Shown: positions 8,954-19,100 of the stretch, in pieces
Layout: the number at the start of each line of letters is the position of its first letter
How positions within the stretch are numbered: position 1 is the stretch's first letter
Assembly: GCA_001029735.1 (NCBI GenBank)
Contig: CP011213.1
Span: 268,087-332,086, forward strand
DNA from: Berkelbacteria bacterium GW2011_GWE1_39_12
Lineage (GTDB): Bacteria > Patescibacteriota > UBA1384 > UBA12157
Direction: 5' to 3'
DNA: 64,000 nucleotides
The notes under the pieces: model-generated
The model's input: only the letters and a program-made list of their open reading frames with translations
Databases searched by the model: none
What the model was told of the DNA's origin: nothing
Position numbers and translations under genes: made by a program

Positions 8954-11900
8954 ATGAAAAATTTCGTTCACCTTCATGTTCACTCTCATTATTCTTTATT
9001 AGATGGTCTGGGAAAAATCCCCGATCTAGTTTCGCGTGCCAAAGAAATGGGTATGGATACCTTGGCGTTAACAGATCACGGCGTCATGTATGGGGCAATC
9101 GAATTTTATCAAGAATGTAAAAAACAGGACATAAAGCCAATTATCGGTGTGGAAATCTATGTTTCTCCTCGAAAAATGACCGATAAAGAACCGGGGATAG
9201 ATAAAACGCCTTATCATTTAGTTCTATTAGCCCAAAACGAAGCAGGCTATTTGAACTTACTTAAAATTACAACTGCCGCTCATCTTGAAGGATATTATTA
9301 CAAACCGCGTGTCGATAAAGCATATTTAAAAAAACATTCCGAAGGATTAATTGCCACAACCGCTTGTTTGGGCGGGGAAATCCCATCGCACGCTAAAAAC
9401 GGCAACATAAAAGCCGCTGAAGATGCCCTTTTAGAATATTTAGAGATTTTCGACAAAGATCATTTTTATCTTGAGTTACAAGATCATCCGAAAATTCCTG
9501 AACAAAAAAAGGCCAACAAGATTTTAATTCATTTAGCCGAAAAGCATGGCATCGGACTCATTGCTACTAATGACGTTCACTATATAAATAAAGACGACGC
9601 CGAAGCTCAAGATGTTTTGCTTTGCATTCAAACCGGTAAATTCCTCTCCGATACCAACCGCATGAGCATGACTGCCGGCGGAGAATTTATTGATATTTCC
9701 TTCCGGTCACCGGAAGAAATGATTGAAACTTTTAAAGAAACGCCTGAAGCCATAACAAATACCGTTAAAATTGCCGAGAGCTGCAATTTAGAAATTGAAC
9801 TAGGCAAATTTAAATTTCCACCTTTTCCCCTACCGGAAGGCGAAACTTACGAAACTTATTTAAGAAAGCTAATTGATGAAAGATTACCAAAAGTCGTCGA
9901 TGTAGTCACGCCGGAAATGAAAGAGAGAATTGATTATGAGTTCGGTGTCATCAAAGATAAGGGCTATCTGGGTTATTTCTTAATTGTTCAGGATTTTTTT
10001 CACTGGGCCAAGGAACATGAAATTCCAACTAATACCAGAGGTTCGGCCGCCGGTTGTTGCGTTTCGTTTGCCTTAGGGATCACTGCACCAAAATTAAATC
10101 CGCTAGATTTCAACTTGCCGTTCGAACGTTTTTTAAACCCTTTTCGCCCATCTGCACCTGATATTGATATTGATATCGCTGACTCAGGCCGTGATGATTT
10201 GATTGCTTATGTGACGGAAAAGTATGGCGCCGACCGTGTCGCTCAAATCTGTACTTTTGGAACAATGGCGGCAAAAGCCGCGATTCGTGATGTCGCCCGT
10301 GTCTTGGGTTTCCCTTATGATTTTGGTGATTATTTAAGCAAGCTAATTCCCCTTTCGACCCAAACTCACTATATCGGCATCAAAGACTCAATAAATTTGG
10401 TTGCAGAATTAAAAAGTAAATACGAAACTGATCCAGACACCAGACGAACTCTTGATCTAGCCGCCAGACTTGAAGGCTGTGCTCGACACGCTTCGGTTCA
10501 TGCCGCTGGCATCGTGATCGCTCCTGAAGAAATTACTAATTTTACGCCGCTAATGCGTGATAACAAGGGTGGCCGAATTGTCACACAGTACGAAATGCAT
10601 GCTGTCGGCGAAGATGGCGTTGGCTTAATTAAAATGGACTTTTTGGGCTTAGCCAACCTTACAATTATTCAAAATGTTTTGAAAATTATTAAAAAAACTC
10701 GCAATATCGATTTGAATTTAGACGATATTCCGATTGATGATCCAAAGGCATTCGAACTTTTAGCTCGAGGCGAAACGATTGGCGTTTTTCAGCTTGAGTC
10801 TGAAGGCATGCGCAAATATATTAAAGAATTAAAGCCGACTACCATTTTCGATATTATGGCCATGGTCGCGCTTTACCGCCCTGGTCCGATGGCTTTTATT
10901 CCTGAGTATATTATGCGAAAAAGAAATCCGGCGCGTATTAAGTATTTGGATCCACGCATGGAAAAAATTCTAAAAAACTCCTTAGGTCTAATTGTTTATC
11001 AAGATGACGTTTTGATGATCGCCATCGAATTGGCAGGCTACAACTGGCAAGAAGTCGACAAATTCCGTAAAGCTATTGGTAAAAAAATCGTCAAAGAAAT
11101 GTCCGCCCAAAAAGAAAAGTTTTTCTCCCAAATCATTGAGCGCGGGATGAAAGAAGAAATCGCCATCGATCTTTGGACTCAAATCGAAACTTTCGCCGGC
11201 TATGGTTTTAACAAATCACACGCTGCCAGTTATGGTTTAGTCGCCTATCAAACCGCATATTTGAAATCTCATTTCCCGTCCGAATACATGGCGGCGCTAC
11301 TTACTTCAGAACAAGCAAGAGACTTAGACAAAGTCGCTTTTGCTTTACAAGAAACTAAGAGAATGAATATTGCCGTACTTCCGCCAGACGTAAATAAATC
11401 CTTTGTCGATTTCGGCGTTATTCCAGAAACTTGGGAAATTAGTTACGCTTTGGCATCAATTAAAAATGTGGGTAAACAATCCGCCGAAACTATTGTTGAA
11501 GAACGCAAAACTAATGGTTTATTTAAAGATTTTCCTGATTTCCTCCAGAGACTTGGCGGTAAAGTTCTAAATAAAAAAATTATCGAGGCCTTGGCACAAG
11601 CCGGCGCTTTAGACAGCTTAATCGAGCGTAACCGGGTTTTGGTTAATATCGATATTATTCTAAAATCCATTTCTGACCAAAACAAAGCCGCTGCCAATCA
11701 AATGGGGCTTTTCGGAGAGACAGCCTTACCTAAAGCGGAACTTCATTTGATCGATGTCCCTCCCGCCGATAAAAAACAAAAACTTACATGGGAGAAAGAG
11801 TTGTTGGGCATGTATGTTTCCGAACATCCCTTAGAAGGCTTGGAAAGATTATTGATGCAAGCCGGAACACCGATTATCACGTTAAAAGAGAAGAAGAAAG

Positions 11901-12400
11901 ACGATCAGGTCACAATTGCCGGTATGATTACGATGGCTAAAAAGATCACCACTAAAAAAGGTGATCCGATGCTTTTTGCTCAAATCGAGGATCAAACGGG
12001 TAAAATTGAAGCCGTAGTTTTCCCAAGAGTTTTGGAAAAAGATCAGGATAAGTGGGTTGCCGATAAAATCGTGGTAGTTAAAGGACGGATTAGCGACAAA
12101 GACGGCCAGATTAATCTTATTGCTTCATCTATCAATATTTTGGATGAAGATCAAAAAATCGTCGAGACAGCAGAGCCAACCAGACTCTTAATCCATTTGA
12201 GCAAAGATGCCACGAGAGAAAAATTAGCCGAAGTCAAAGAAATTTTGGCTAACTATCCCGGCGAGTTAGCAGTCATCTTAAAGGTAGCGCAAAACGGTGG
12301 ATTTACTGAAGTCCAAACTAAAGCTAAAGTCATGCGCGACTACACAATGTTGCAAAAGCTAAAAGATTTATTACCTAATGGGAAAATTATCTTTGACTAA
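8954..12400 (+). CDS. dnaE: DNA polymerase III alpha subunit
   Basis: PHP domain HLHVHSHYSLLDG, RGSAAG, PDIDID, C-terminal OB fold. Confidence 0.98.
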   Translation: MKNFVHLHVHSHYSLLDGLGKIPDLVSRAKEMGMDTLALTDHGVMYGAIEFYQECKKQDIKPIIGVEIYVSPRKMTDKEPGIDKTPYHLVLLAQNEAGYLNLLKITTAAHLEGYYYKPRVDKAYLKKHSEGLIATTACLGGEIPSHAKNGNIKAAEDALLEYLEIFDKDHFYLELQDHPKIPEQKKANKILIHLAEKHGIGLIATNDVHYINKDDAEAQDVLLCIQTGKFLSDTNRMSMTAGGEFIDISFRSPEEMIETFKETPEAITNTVKIAESCNLEIELGKFKFPPFPLPEGETYETYLRKLIDERLPKVVDVVTPEMKERIDYEFGVIKDKGYLGYFLIVQDFFHWAKEHEIPTNTRGSAAGCCVSFALGITAPKLNPLDFNLPFERFLNPFRPSAPDIDIDIADSGRDDLIAYVTEKYGADRVAQICTFGTMAAKAAIRDVARVLGFPYDFGDYLSKLIPLSTQTHYIGIKDSINLVAELKSKYETDPDTRRTLDLAARLEGCARHASVHAAGIVIAPEEITNFTPLMRDNKGGRIVTQYEMHAVGEDGVGLIKMDFLGLANLTIIQNVLKIIKKTRNIDLNLDDIPIDDPKAFELLARGETIGVFQLESEGMRKYIKELKPTTIFDIMAMVALYRPGPMAFIPEYIMRKRNPARIKYLDPRMEKILKNSLGLIVYQDDVLMIAIELAGYNWQEVDKFRKAIGKKIVKEMSAQKEKFFSQIIERGMKEEIAIDLWTQIETFAGYGFNKSHAASYGLVAYQTAYLKSHFPSEYMAALLTSEQARDLDKVAFALQETKRMNIAVLPPDVNKSFVDFGVIPETWEISYALASIKNVGKQSAETIVEERKTNGLFKDFPDFLQRLGGKVLNKKIIEALAQAGALDSLIERNRVLVNIDIILKSISDQNKAAANQMGLFGETALPKAELHLIDVPPADKKQKLTWEKELLGMYVSEHPLEGLERLLMQAGTPIITLKEKKKDDQVTIAGMITMAKKITTKKGDPMLFAQIEDQTGKIEAVVFPRVLEKDQDKWVADKIVVVKGRISDKDGQINLIASSINILDEDQKIVETAEPTRLLIHLSKDATREKLAEVKEILANYPGELAVILKVAQNGGFTEVQTKAKVMRDYTMLQKLKDLLPNGKIIFD

Positions 12401-12491
12401 CTGTTTGACAATCTTTTAGATTCAATCTATGGTAAAATTAATTTAGTGATACTATCACAAAAAATAAGTCCATTTGGACAAAAGGAGGTTT

Positions 12492-12833
12492 ATGGAAGAA
12501 CACCACACACCATCTCAAAACAGTCTCGACCCTAAAGTTTCCGCTTTGCTTTGCTACTTAATTGGTTTTGTCGGGGGCATTGTCTTTTACGCTATTAGCA
12601 AAGATAAGTTCGTTCGCTTTCATGCCATGCAATCGATCTTTTTAAGTATAGCCGTAGCCGTAATCTTGGCTCTTCTCTTTGTGATTTCAATTGCTTTGCC
12701 TTTCATCTTTTTATTGACTTGGCTGTTTAATCTTGGCGTTTTCGCTATTTGGATTATCATGATGATCAAATCTTACAGCGGTGAAAAGTACAAGCTTCCT
12801 TTTATCGGTGATATGGCCGAAAAATACGCTTAA
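12492..12833 (+). CDS. DUF4870-like small membrane protein
   Basis: LCYL...FVRFHAMQS...YKLPFIG pattern. Confidence 0.75.
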   Translation: MEEHHTPSQNSLDPKVSALLCYLIGFVGGIVFYAISKDKFVRFHAMQSIFLSIAVAVILALLFVISIALPFIFLLTWLFNLGVFAIWIIMMIKSYSGEKYKLPFIGDMAEKYA

Positions 12834-12929
12834 TTTATTAGTAAAAAAAATACGAAAATTCTCCGATTCAAGAATGTTATAATGTAATCAGATTTTCGTA
12901 TTTTTTTAATTTAAATTAAAAGAGTAAAA

Positions 12930-13157
12930 ATGCAAATAAAAGTTTATTCTACTCCAACCTGTCCGTACTGCGTTCAAGCAAAGCAGTATTTCAAAAGTAG
13001 AAACATCGATTTTGAAGATATTGATGTTTCTCTTGACCATGAAAAAGCCCACGAAATGATTGACCTTTCCGGTCAAATGGGCGTGCCTGTTATCAAAATC
13101 GACAACGATGTAATCGTCGGTTTCGATAAGGCAAAGATCGACCAACATTTAAAATAA
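12930..13157 (+). CDS. Glutaredoxin-like (NrdH-redoxin) protein
   Basis: CPYC and GQMGVPV motifs. Confidence 0.9.
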   Translation: MQIKVYSTPTCPYCVQAKQYFKSRNIDFEDIDVSLDHEKAHEMIDLSGQMGVPVIKIDNDVIVGFDKAKIDQHLK

Positions 13158-13161
13158 TATT

Positions 13162-13719
13162 TTATTTTTTGAGTGCTCTCTTGCGCATTTCGGATATTTT
13201 GTTATGGACAAAATATGGGTTTTCGATGTTTTTAACCTTAATACAATCTGTATAATCGCCTTCAGTCGTTAACTCAATCGTGCCGTAATTTAATAAACTC
13301 GCCATCGGACCTTCAATCTTGTATGTCATATTGTAGATATTATCCAAATCGACCTCCTGCACGATTCGATTAAACAAAGAACCCTGATAAACGTTGATCA
13401 CTCTTTGATTAGTGATAACAAAAACTGAGTTTTTATAGAGAAAGCCTCGTAAGAATCCGTACAAAATTATGATCAATCCGGCCACCGAAAGAACTATCCA
13501 GCTAGCTAAAGCCGTTTTCCAAACTAAAAAGGTGGCAACGACCGCTCCAGTTAAAATTATTAAAATCAGTCCCGCTTTAGCCAGAACCCAAGGGTGCTGA
13601 TGACGTACCAAAATAATTTCCTCATCACCACGTTGATCCTCTAAATCGTAACCCTCATCATCGATTGGCTCGTCGCTTAGTTCTTCTGAGATATCGGTGA
13701 TCTCTGATTTGTCTGCCAT
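13162..13719 (-). CDS. Membrane protein with bacterial PH domain
   Basis: Two TM helices, then VITNQRVI...LLNYGTIEL. Confidence 0.7.
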   Translation of the reverse strand: MADKSEITDISEELSDEPIDDEGYDLEDQRGDEEIILVRHQHPWVLAKAGLILIILTGAVVATFLVWKTALASWIVLSVAGLIIILYGFLRGFLYKNSVFVITNQRVINVYQGSLFNRIVQEVDLDNIYNMTYKIEGPMASLLNYGTIELTTEGDYTDCIKVKNIENPYFVHNKISEMRKRALKK

Positions 13720-13730
13720 TACCCCTCCAA

Positions 13731-14066
13731 TTAAGCTTGCTTTGTGTGCTGCTCGTTCATCTTGTCCCAATTCCAAGAACGATCTTTATTGTTTTCCATC
13801 TTATCTAAAATACTTTTTTCTATATCAATATCTAAAACACCGCATAGGTGCAAAATTCGCTGAATTGCATCACCTAGCTCTTCTTTGAACCCGTCTTTGC
13901 CATCGATATTCTTATGGCGATAGGCTTCAAATGCTTCTGATACTTCTGAATGTATCAGTGCTATTTTCTCTGCCACATTGATATCTTCCGACTTTGTTCC
14001 GAATCCTTTTTCTTTTGCTTGTTGCATTATAATTTCGGTCAAAACGCGAATCGAAATATTTTCCAT
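13731..14066 (-). CDS. MazG-like NTP pyrophosphatase
   Basis: HSEVSEAFEA and EELGD motifs. Confidence 0.8.
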   Translation of the reverse strand: MENISIRVLTEIIMQQAKEKGFGTKSEDINVAEKIALIHSEVSEAFEAYRHKNIDGKDGFKEELGDAIQRILHLCGVLDIDIEKSILDKMENNKDRSWNWDKMNEQHTKQA

Positions 14067-14076
14067 TTTTTCCTTA

Positions 14077-14175
14077 TTACCACAATTCTGTAAAGAATGG
14101 CAAAATTGTGCCTAAAATTAGTACTGCGATTACTGCAATAAAAAACGCTCGCTGGCATGATTTACTCTTGAACAC
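14077..14175 (-). CDS. Small membrane peptide (32 aa)
   Basis: GGAGG SD, GTG start, MFKSKSCQRAFFIAVIAVLILGTILPFFTELW; fills the operon gap. Confidence 0.5.
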   Translation of the reverse strand: MFKSKSCQRAFFIAVIAVLILGTILPFFTELW

Positions 14176-15265
14176 TCGTCCTCCCTCTTCTCCATTGAAG
14201 AATAAGTAATACAATGATTAATATGGCCATAATTCCCAATAACCAAAATAGCGCTTGAATTTTTTCTTCCGTACCAGAAAGAACTGCCACGACCCCAAAT
14301 GCGGCAGCCGCGAAATACAAGATAACAACTGCCTGACGCTGAGAAAAACCAATTGCCAATAACCTGTGATGAAGATGCATTCTATCGGCCACAAACGGCG
14401 ATTTTCCGTGAGTTAAACGGCGTAAGACCACCCAAACGACATCAAGTAACGGTATGCCTAATACCAAAAAAGCAGTGGCTAGTTTTCCACCGGAAATTAC
14501 CGATAACACTCCGAGCATATAACCCAGAAACATGCTGCCGGAATCCCCCATAAAAATTTTGGCCGGATTAAAATTCCAAGGTAAAAAACCAAAAACAGCG
14601 CCTGAAAATATAATCGCAAGTAGCGCTGCCGCCGGCTGGCCTAAAGATAAGCTTAAAAAGAAGATGGCGATGCCGGCTATTAAACTTACACCAGACGCTA
14701 GGCCGTCTAATCCATCTAAGAAGTTCATCGTATTAATCATTAACACAATCCAAAAAACAGTTAACAGATCGCCAAAAACCACAAAGTGATATGTATGTGT
14801 AAATAATGTTATTGGATAAACAAGGTTAGTGAGTTCAACATGTAAGCCACCAGGCAGGCGAATGTAATTCGTACTTACGCCAAACGCCACCACCATCGCC
14901 GCCGCCAAAAAATGTCCGATTAATTTTTGCCAGGGTTTCATCCCGCGTATATCGTCAACGACACCAATAACCAATAAAATCAAAATACCGAGGAGTGCTC
15001 CGAATAATTTTTTATCAAACATAAAAATATGGGCTGAGCCAAAGTTTAAACGGGTTGATACTAAATTATAGCCAATCGCCAAGCACAAAAAAGCCACCAC
15101 AATCGCTACTCCACCCAATCGCGGTGTTGGCGTAGTGTGAACTTTACGAGGTGAAGGAAAATCAGCCCACCCAAATTTTTGCGCCACTTTGATTACCGAA
15201 TAGGTTAAGCCGCCAGAGATTAAGGCTGCAACCACAAAAGGCGCCACATAAAGACTTGTTACCAT
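14162..15265 (-). CDS. Undecaprenyl-phosphate GlcNAc-1-P transferase (WecA/TagO family)
   Basis: DD motif, NFLDGLDGL, FMGDSGS, HLHHRL. Confidence 0.9.
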   Translation of the reverse strand: MVTSLYVAPFVVAALISGGLTYSVIKVAQKFGWADFPSPRKVHTTPTPRLGGVAIVVAFLCLAIGYNLVSTRLNFGSAHIFMFDKKLFGALLGILILLVIGVVDDIRGMKPWQKLIGHFLAAAMVVAFGVSTNYIRLPGGLHVELTNLVYPITLFTHTYHFVVFGDLLTVFWIVLMINTMNFLDGLDGLASGVSLIAGIAIFFLSLSLGQPAAALLAIIFSGAVFGFLPWNFNPAKIFMGDSGSMFLGYMLGVLSVISGGKLATAFLVLGIPLLDVVWVVLRRLTHGKSPFVADRMHLHHRLLAIGFSQRQAVVILYFAAAAFGVVAVLSGTEEKIQALFWLLGIMAILIIVLLILQWRRGRTSVQE

Positions 15266-15278
15266 AATTACTCAATAA

Positions 15279-15872
15279 TTATTTCTTAATTTTTCCCCAA
15301 TTTTTTTCGTACAAAACGGTTTCTGTAACTAGATCGTAATTTAAAATTTCACTTGGCGTAAACCAAATTTTGATTTCTGCTTCCGCTTCATCAGCTGAAC
15401 CTGAAGCATGAACTAAGGTATGAATTGCGCGTTCAATATCGTCAGCCATTTCATAACTTTCAGTGCTGTAGTCGCCACGGATTGAGCCCATATCTGCGAG
15501 CAAAGGATTTGTTGCACCGGCGGTCTTTCTGCCTAATGCACAGGCGTGTGGACCTTCCCAGATCATCAAAATAATCGGGCGGTCAACTAAATGTTCAATC
15601 AAGCGGCGGCGAGTTCTCTTCGCTAAATCGATCGGGCCCATTCCCGGGTCGATTCCTCTGGCCTGGTAATTTTCAAGTGTCTTGGTGCCTGAAGAGACAT
15701 ACCACTCTTCGTCATCGGGATAGTGTTTTTCAACCTGTTCTTTTGTCGGCGCCACCATTTTACTAGCGATTAATTTCAAACCCCGTCTTTCGAATTTTGA
15801 AACGAATTCACCAATCAAATGACGCTGAATTGACTCAGGTTTTATAAAAACAAGTGTGCGTTCTTTCTGCAT
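15279..15872 (-). CDS. ndk: Nucleoside-diphosphate kinase
   Basis: ERTLVFIKP, GATNP, GSIRGD, VHAS. Confidence 0.9.
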   Translation of the reverse strand: MQKERTLVFIKPESIQRHLIGEFVSKFERRGLKLIASKMVAPTKEQVEKHYPDDEEWYVSSGTKTLENYQARGIDPGMGPIDLAKRTRRRLIEHLVDRPIILMIWEGPHACALGRKTAGATNPLLADMGSIRGDYSTESYEMADDIERAIHTLVHASGSADEAEAEIKIWFTPSEILNYDLVTETVLYEKNWGKIKK

Positions 15873-15886
15873 TTCTCTCCTCGTCA

Positions 15887-15992
15887 GAAATCGCTGAAGG
15901 GATGTATTTTGCGAAGGCCGGCGTCCCGAATGAAATTCGAGACAGGGCTTGGCGTGGGAGGCCGAAAGCAAAAGATATCTCGAGGCGATTTC
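15887..15992. repeat. 106-bp intergenic nested inverted repeat (REP/MITE-like)
   Basis: GAAATCGC...GCGATTTC outer arms; GATGTATTTTGC...GCAAAAGATATC inner arms. Confidence 0.6.
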
Positions 15993-15997
15993 GTTTT

Positions 15998-17284
15998 TTA
16001 TTTAAACTTTTTTAATAAACTCATAAATTTTTCTTCGCCAACTGGCGAATTCTCAAATGGTCCAATGATCGCTAAATTCAAATTCTCCGGTTTCATAAAC
16101 TCATTGGCCAAATTCTTCACATCTTCCTTGGTCACTTTCTGCGTTTGCGCTACGACTTGATCTGGATCATCGATTTTATTCCAGAACATTTCCTGCTCGG
16201 CTAAGAAATGGGCCACTGACATCGATTCTTCTAACCCTAAATATAAATGCCCCTTCATATTTTCTTTAGCCCGTGTCAATTCTTCGTCGGTTATATCTTC
16301 AGTTTTGAGTCTTTCAAACTCTTTCAAAATAACTTCGATCGCCTCTTCGATTCTTTTAATATCAACTCCGGCGCCTACATACCAGAAACCAGTGTCGATA
16401 TAATCCGCCATATCTGACGAAACATAATAGCAAAGACCGCGCTTCTCCCTCACTTCAATAAACAGTCGCGAAGACATTGTTCCGCCCATTAAATTGTTCA
16501 AAACTTTCAAAATTGGACGGCGAGAATCTGTTCTTTTTATCGCCCGAAAACCCAACATAAAATGAGCCTGGTCAGTCTTCTTTTCTTCGATTTTAATCTT
16601 GGGTTCTGTTTGAGCTTCTGTTACTTTTTCTTCGACGACCGTACCCATTTTTGGTAAAGCGCCGAAAACTTTTTCAATTTTCTCATTCCAGGCTTCCCCA
16701 TTACTTCCTGCTGCCACAACGACAATATTTTCCGGGTGGTAAAATTTATTTTTAAATTCAACAAACGTATTGCGATCGAATTTTGTCACAGTCCCCGGCA
16801 CGCCAGTGATCATTCGACCCAACGGCGTGTCACCGTATAGCAGATCCTTCATCACATATTCAATCTGTGCCTGCGGCACATCTTTAATCATGTTTATTTC
16901 TTCTAAAATCACGCCTTTTTCCTTGGTGATCTCCGTTTCGTCAAATTTTGAATGAAGCAACATATCGGATAAAACATCCAGCGCCATATCAAAATGAGAA
17001 CTTTCAGCACGGATATAGAAGCCAGTGTATTCTTCCCCTGTAAAAGCGTTAAAACCTGCCCCAACGGAATCTAACTCTCGAGCAATATCCACTGTATTCG
17101 GACGTTTGTCTGTGCCTTTAAAAAACATGTGTTCTAGAAAATGCGCAATACCATTATTTTCTTTATTTTCGAATCTGGAACCGGTACCAACTAAAATAAA
17201 AAGACTAACCGCTTTGGTATTTTTAAGTGGGGCCGTAATTACTCTTAAACCATTGTCCAGTTTTTTGATTGAATAATCTAACAT
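15998..17284 (-). CDS. M16 family zinc peptidase
   Basis: HFLEH inverted zincin motif, NAFT, SSRLFxEVREKRGL. Confidence 0.95.
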   Translation of the reverse strand: MLDYSIKKLDNGLRVITAPLKNTKAVSLFILVGTGSRFENKENNGIAHFLEHMFFKGTDKRPNTVDIARELDSVGAGFNAFTGEEYTGFYIRAESSHFDMALDVLSDMLLHSKFDETEITKEKGVILEEINMIKDVPQAQIEYVMKDLLYGDTPLGRMITGVPGTVTKFDRNTFVEFKNKFYHPENIVVVAAGSNGEAWNEKIEKVFGALPKMGTVVEEKVTEAQTEPKIKIEEKKTDQAHFMLGFRAIKRTDSRRPILKVLNNLMGGTMSSRLFIEVREKRGLCYYVSSDMADYIDTGFWYVGAGVDIKRIEEAIEVILKEFERLKTEDITDEELTRAKENMKGHLYLGLEESMSVAHFLAEQEMFWNKIDDPDQVVAQTQKVTKEDVKNLANEFMKPENLNLAIIGPFENSPVGEEKFMSLLKKFK

Positions 17285-17380
17285 TTATATGCTCACATTC
17301 TAAAATATTTTTTGTTCGCATTTTCAATATACCTCAATAAATTTATATTTTCAATCAATAATTTATACAAATATCCTACA

Positions 17381-17600
17381 TGATAACCACCAGCGATGCT
17401 GGTGGTATCTAACCTGCCGGCTAATCACCGGCGAAAAGTATTCTCTTCTCCCCTGTCATTCCAGACTGAATGGTAATATCAGATCTGGAATCCAAAAACA
17501 AGGCCATAAACTGGATTCCCGATGTCGGATTACAATCCGACTCGAGAATGACAGATTAAATCAATGCTTTAAAACGCACACACCGGCTAAAGCCGGTAGT
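17381..17600. mobile_element. Non-autonomous IS200/IS605-like remnant (terminal hairpins, no transposase)
   Basis: ACCACCAGC-GAT-GCTGGTGGT and CACCGGCTAAAGCCGGT hairpins resemble IS200/IS605 ends. Confidence 0.45.
17454..17553. repeat. Pair of TGTCATTCC-type REP-like palindromes
   Basis: TGTCATTCCAGAC...GATCTGGAATCCA and TGGATTCCCGAT...GAGAATGACA; same family as 62157-62641. Confidence 0.75.
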
Positions 17601-17737
17601 ATTTTCTTTTAACAAAAAAAGGCGCTGTTCGTGAGATAAGCGTCTTTTTTTGCCCTACTTGAGCGAAGGCTGGCTTTTATATTTTCCATCTTATTTTTAG
17701 TGGAGAAATCCGCAGATTTTCAGCTTGGCTGGAAATC

Positions 17738-17884
17738 TTACTTTAAGGCCGAACCTTCACCGTTTTCGATCCCGTTTTCTTGCTGAATAGTTCCGTCGGC
17801 GGATAAAGTGTATTGAATAGCTTCGTCAACTTGTTCAATTTCTTCTAATTGTTCCGCAACCGGTACTCTATTTTCTTGTTCCAT
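17738..17884 (-). CDS. Small acidic protein (48 aa)
   Basis: AGGAGAGG SD; MEQENRVPVAEQLEEIEQVDEAIQY...; TTGACA upstream. Confidence 0.55.
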   Translation of the reverse strand: MEQENRVPVAEQLEEIEQVDEAIQYTLSADGTIQQENGIENGEGSALK

Positions 17885-18048
17885 TTTCCTCTCCTTTTTT
17901 AAATTTTGTTTTTGTTTTAAGTTTCCTGCCCTTCCTTTTTTTGAGCATTAAACCATTGTAGCAAAATTTTCAGCGATTGTCAAGTATTGAGGTTTTAGGT
18001 ATTTGAAAAGGACCGCTCGTATGAACGGTCCTTTTTCGATAGATGAAA

Positions 18049-18165
18049 TTATGATTCTGAGAAAGCTTCGTATTCTGCAACCAATTCTGCCGCAGCCTTA
18101 CCGAATACTACACAGGTTAGCACTACGACGGTGATCAGCGATGTTGAAATTGCCGCTAGTATCAT
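18049..18165 (-). CDS. Small membrane peptide (38 aa)
   Basis: GGAGGT SD; MILAAISTSLITVVVLTCVVFGK...; terminator 18006-18036. Confidence 0.5.
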   Translation of the reverse strand: MILAAISTSLITVVVLTCVVFGKAAAELVAEYEAFSES

Positions 18166-18331
18166 TGTGTTCACCTCCGTTTCGTCTTCGAATATTCTCT
18201 GTAATGCGGTCTCGGTCCTCACGCCGGGAAATGATTGATCGATAGAGGCAAGTGCCGTAAACTATCAGGCACACCAGTATCGGTATCACCTTCAGGGTTA
18301 CCGGAACAAAGCTCAGATAATATGAAACCAA
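18098..18331 (-). CDS. Hypothetical small membrane protein
   Basis: GGAGGAGG SD and one TM segment. Confidence 0.45.
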   Translation of the reverse strand: MVSYYLSFVPVTLKVIPILVCLIVYGTCLYRSIISRREDRDRITENIRRRNGGEHNDTSGNFNIADHRRSANLCSIR

Positions 18332-18442
18332 TACTCTACCTCCTCCATCACCAGATTCTGCTTCCGTAAATGAAGTAAAGTCTGGGATGAAGGACTAACT
18401 TTGAAAGGTTAGTCCTTGTCTCTTAGTTCTTGGTGGGGTTAA

Positions 18443-18757
18443 TTAAAGTCTTTCTTTCCAATATGCATCTCGGCTAGGAAGATACTTGGGCATTTCTTCA
18501 CTGACGATCGACTTTGACTTGGTTCTCCCTTGCCAAAGAATTATATCGGCAATGAAAAGTACTATCCAGCCCCAATACTCATACTGTGGAACGGGTTGCC
18601 AGCTAACCGGATATTCAGCAGGCATACTCTCAAGCTGGAGGAAACATCCAACTAACAAAAGAGTTGTACCAAACCAAAAACCAAAACCGCAATCCTTTTT
18701 ACGCTCAATTCTTACAATAAATAGCATTAATGCCATAAACGTTAGGAAAATGAACAT
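18443..18757 (-). CDS. Hypothetical membrane protein
   Basis: Three hydrophobic segments; own promoter 18860-18888. Confidence 0.55.
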   Translation of the reverse strand: MFIFLTFMALMLFIVRIERKKDCGFGFWFGTTLLLVGCFLQLESMPAEYPVSWQPVPQYEYWGWIVLFIADIILWQGRTKSKSIVSEEMPKYLPSRDAYWKERL

Positions 18758-19100
18758 ACCCTACCCCCATCGCTTTTTCGATTTCCCACCCTGGAAAACA
18801 CCTAACTTTGCAGCCGTTCTCCAGGTTGGGAATTCGATTTTTAAGGTTCAAAACTATACAGTATAACACATCTATTGCCAAAAGTCAAGTCTTATAACAG
18901 GTTCATTTTGGGCTTTTTTAGCCTAAGTGTCAATAGCCAGGAAAATGCTGATTTTTTCCCTCAATAATTGCTTTTTTTAGCGAGGGATTATATGATTAAA
19001 CTGTACATTATTAAGGAGTTAAACGAAAGCAAAAAGAGACTAAAATGTCCTGAAAAATTAGCTTTAATCTTTTTAGCTTTCAACCCACAAGGAGGTTTTT

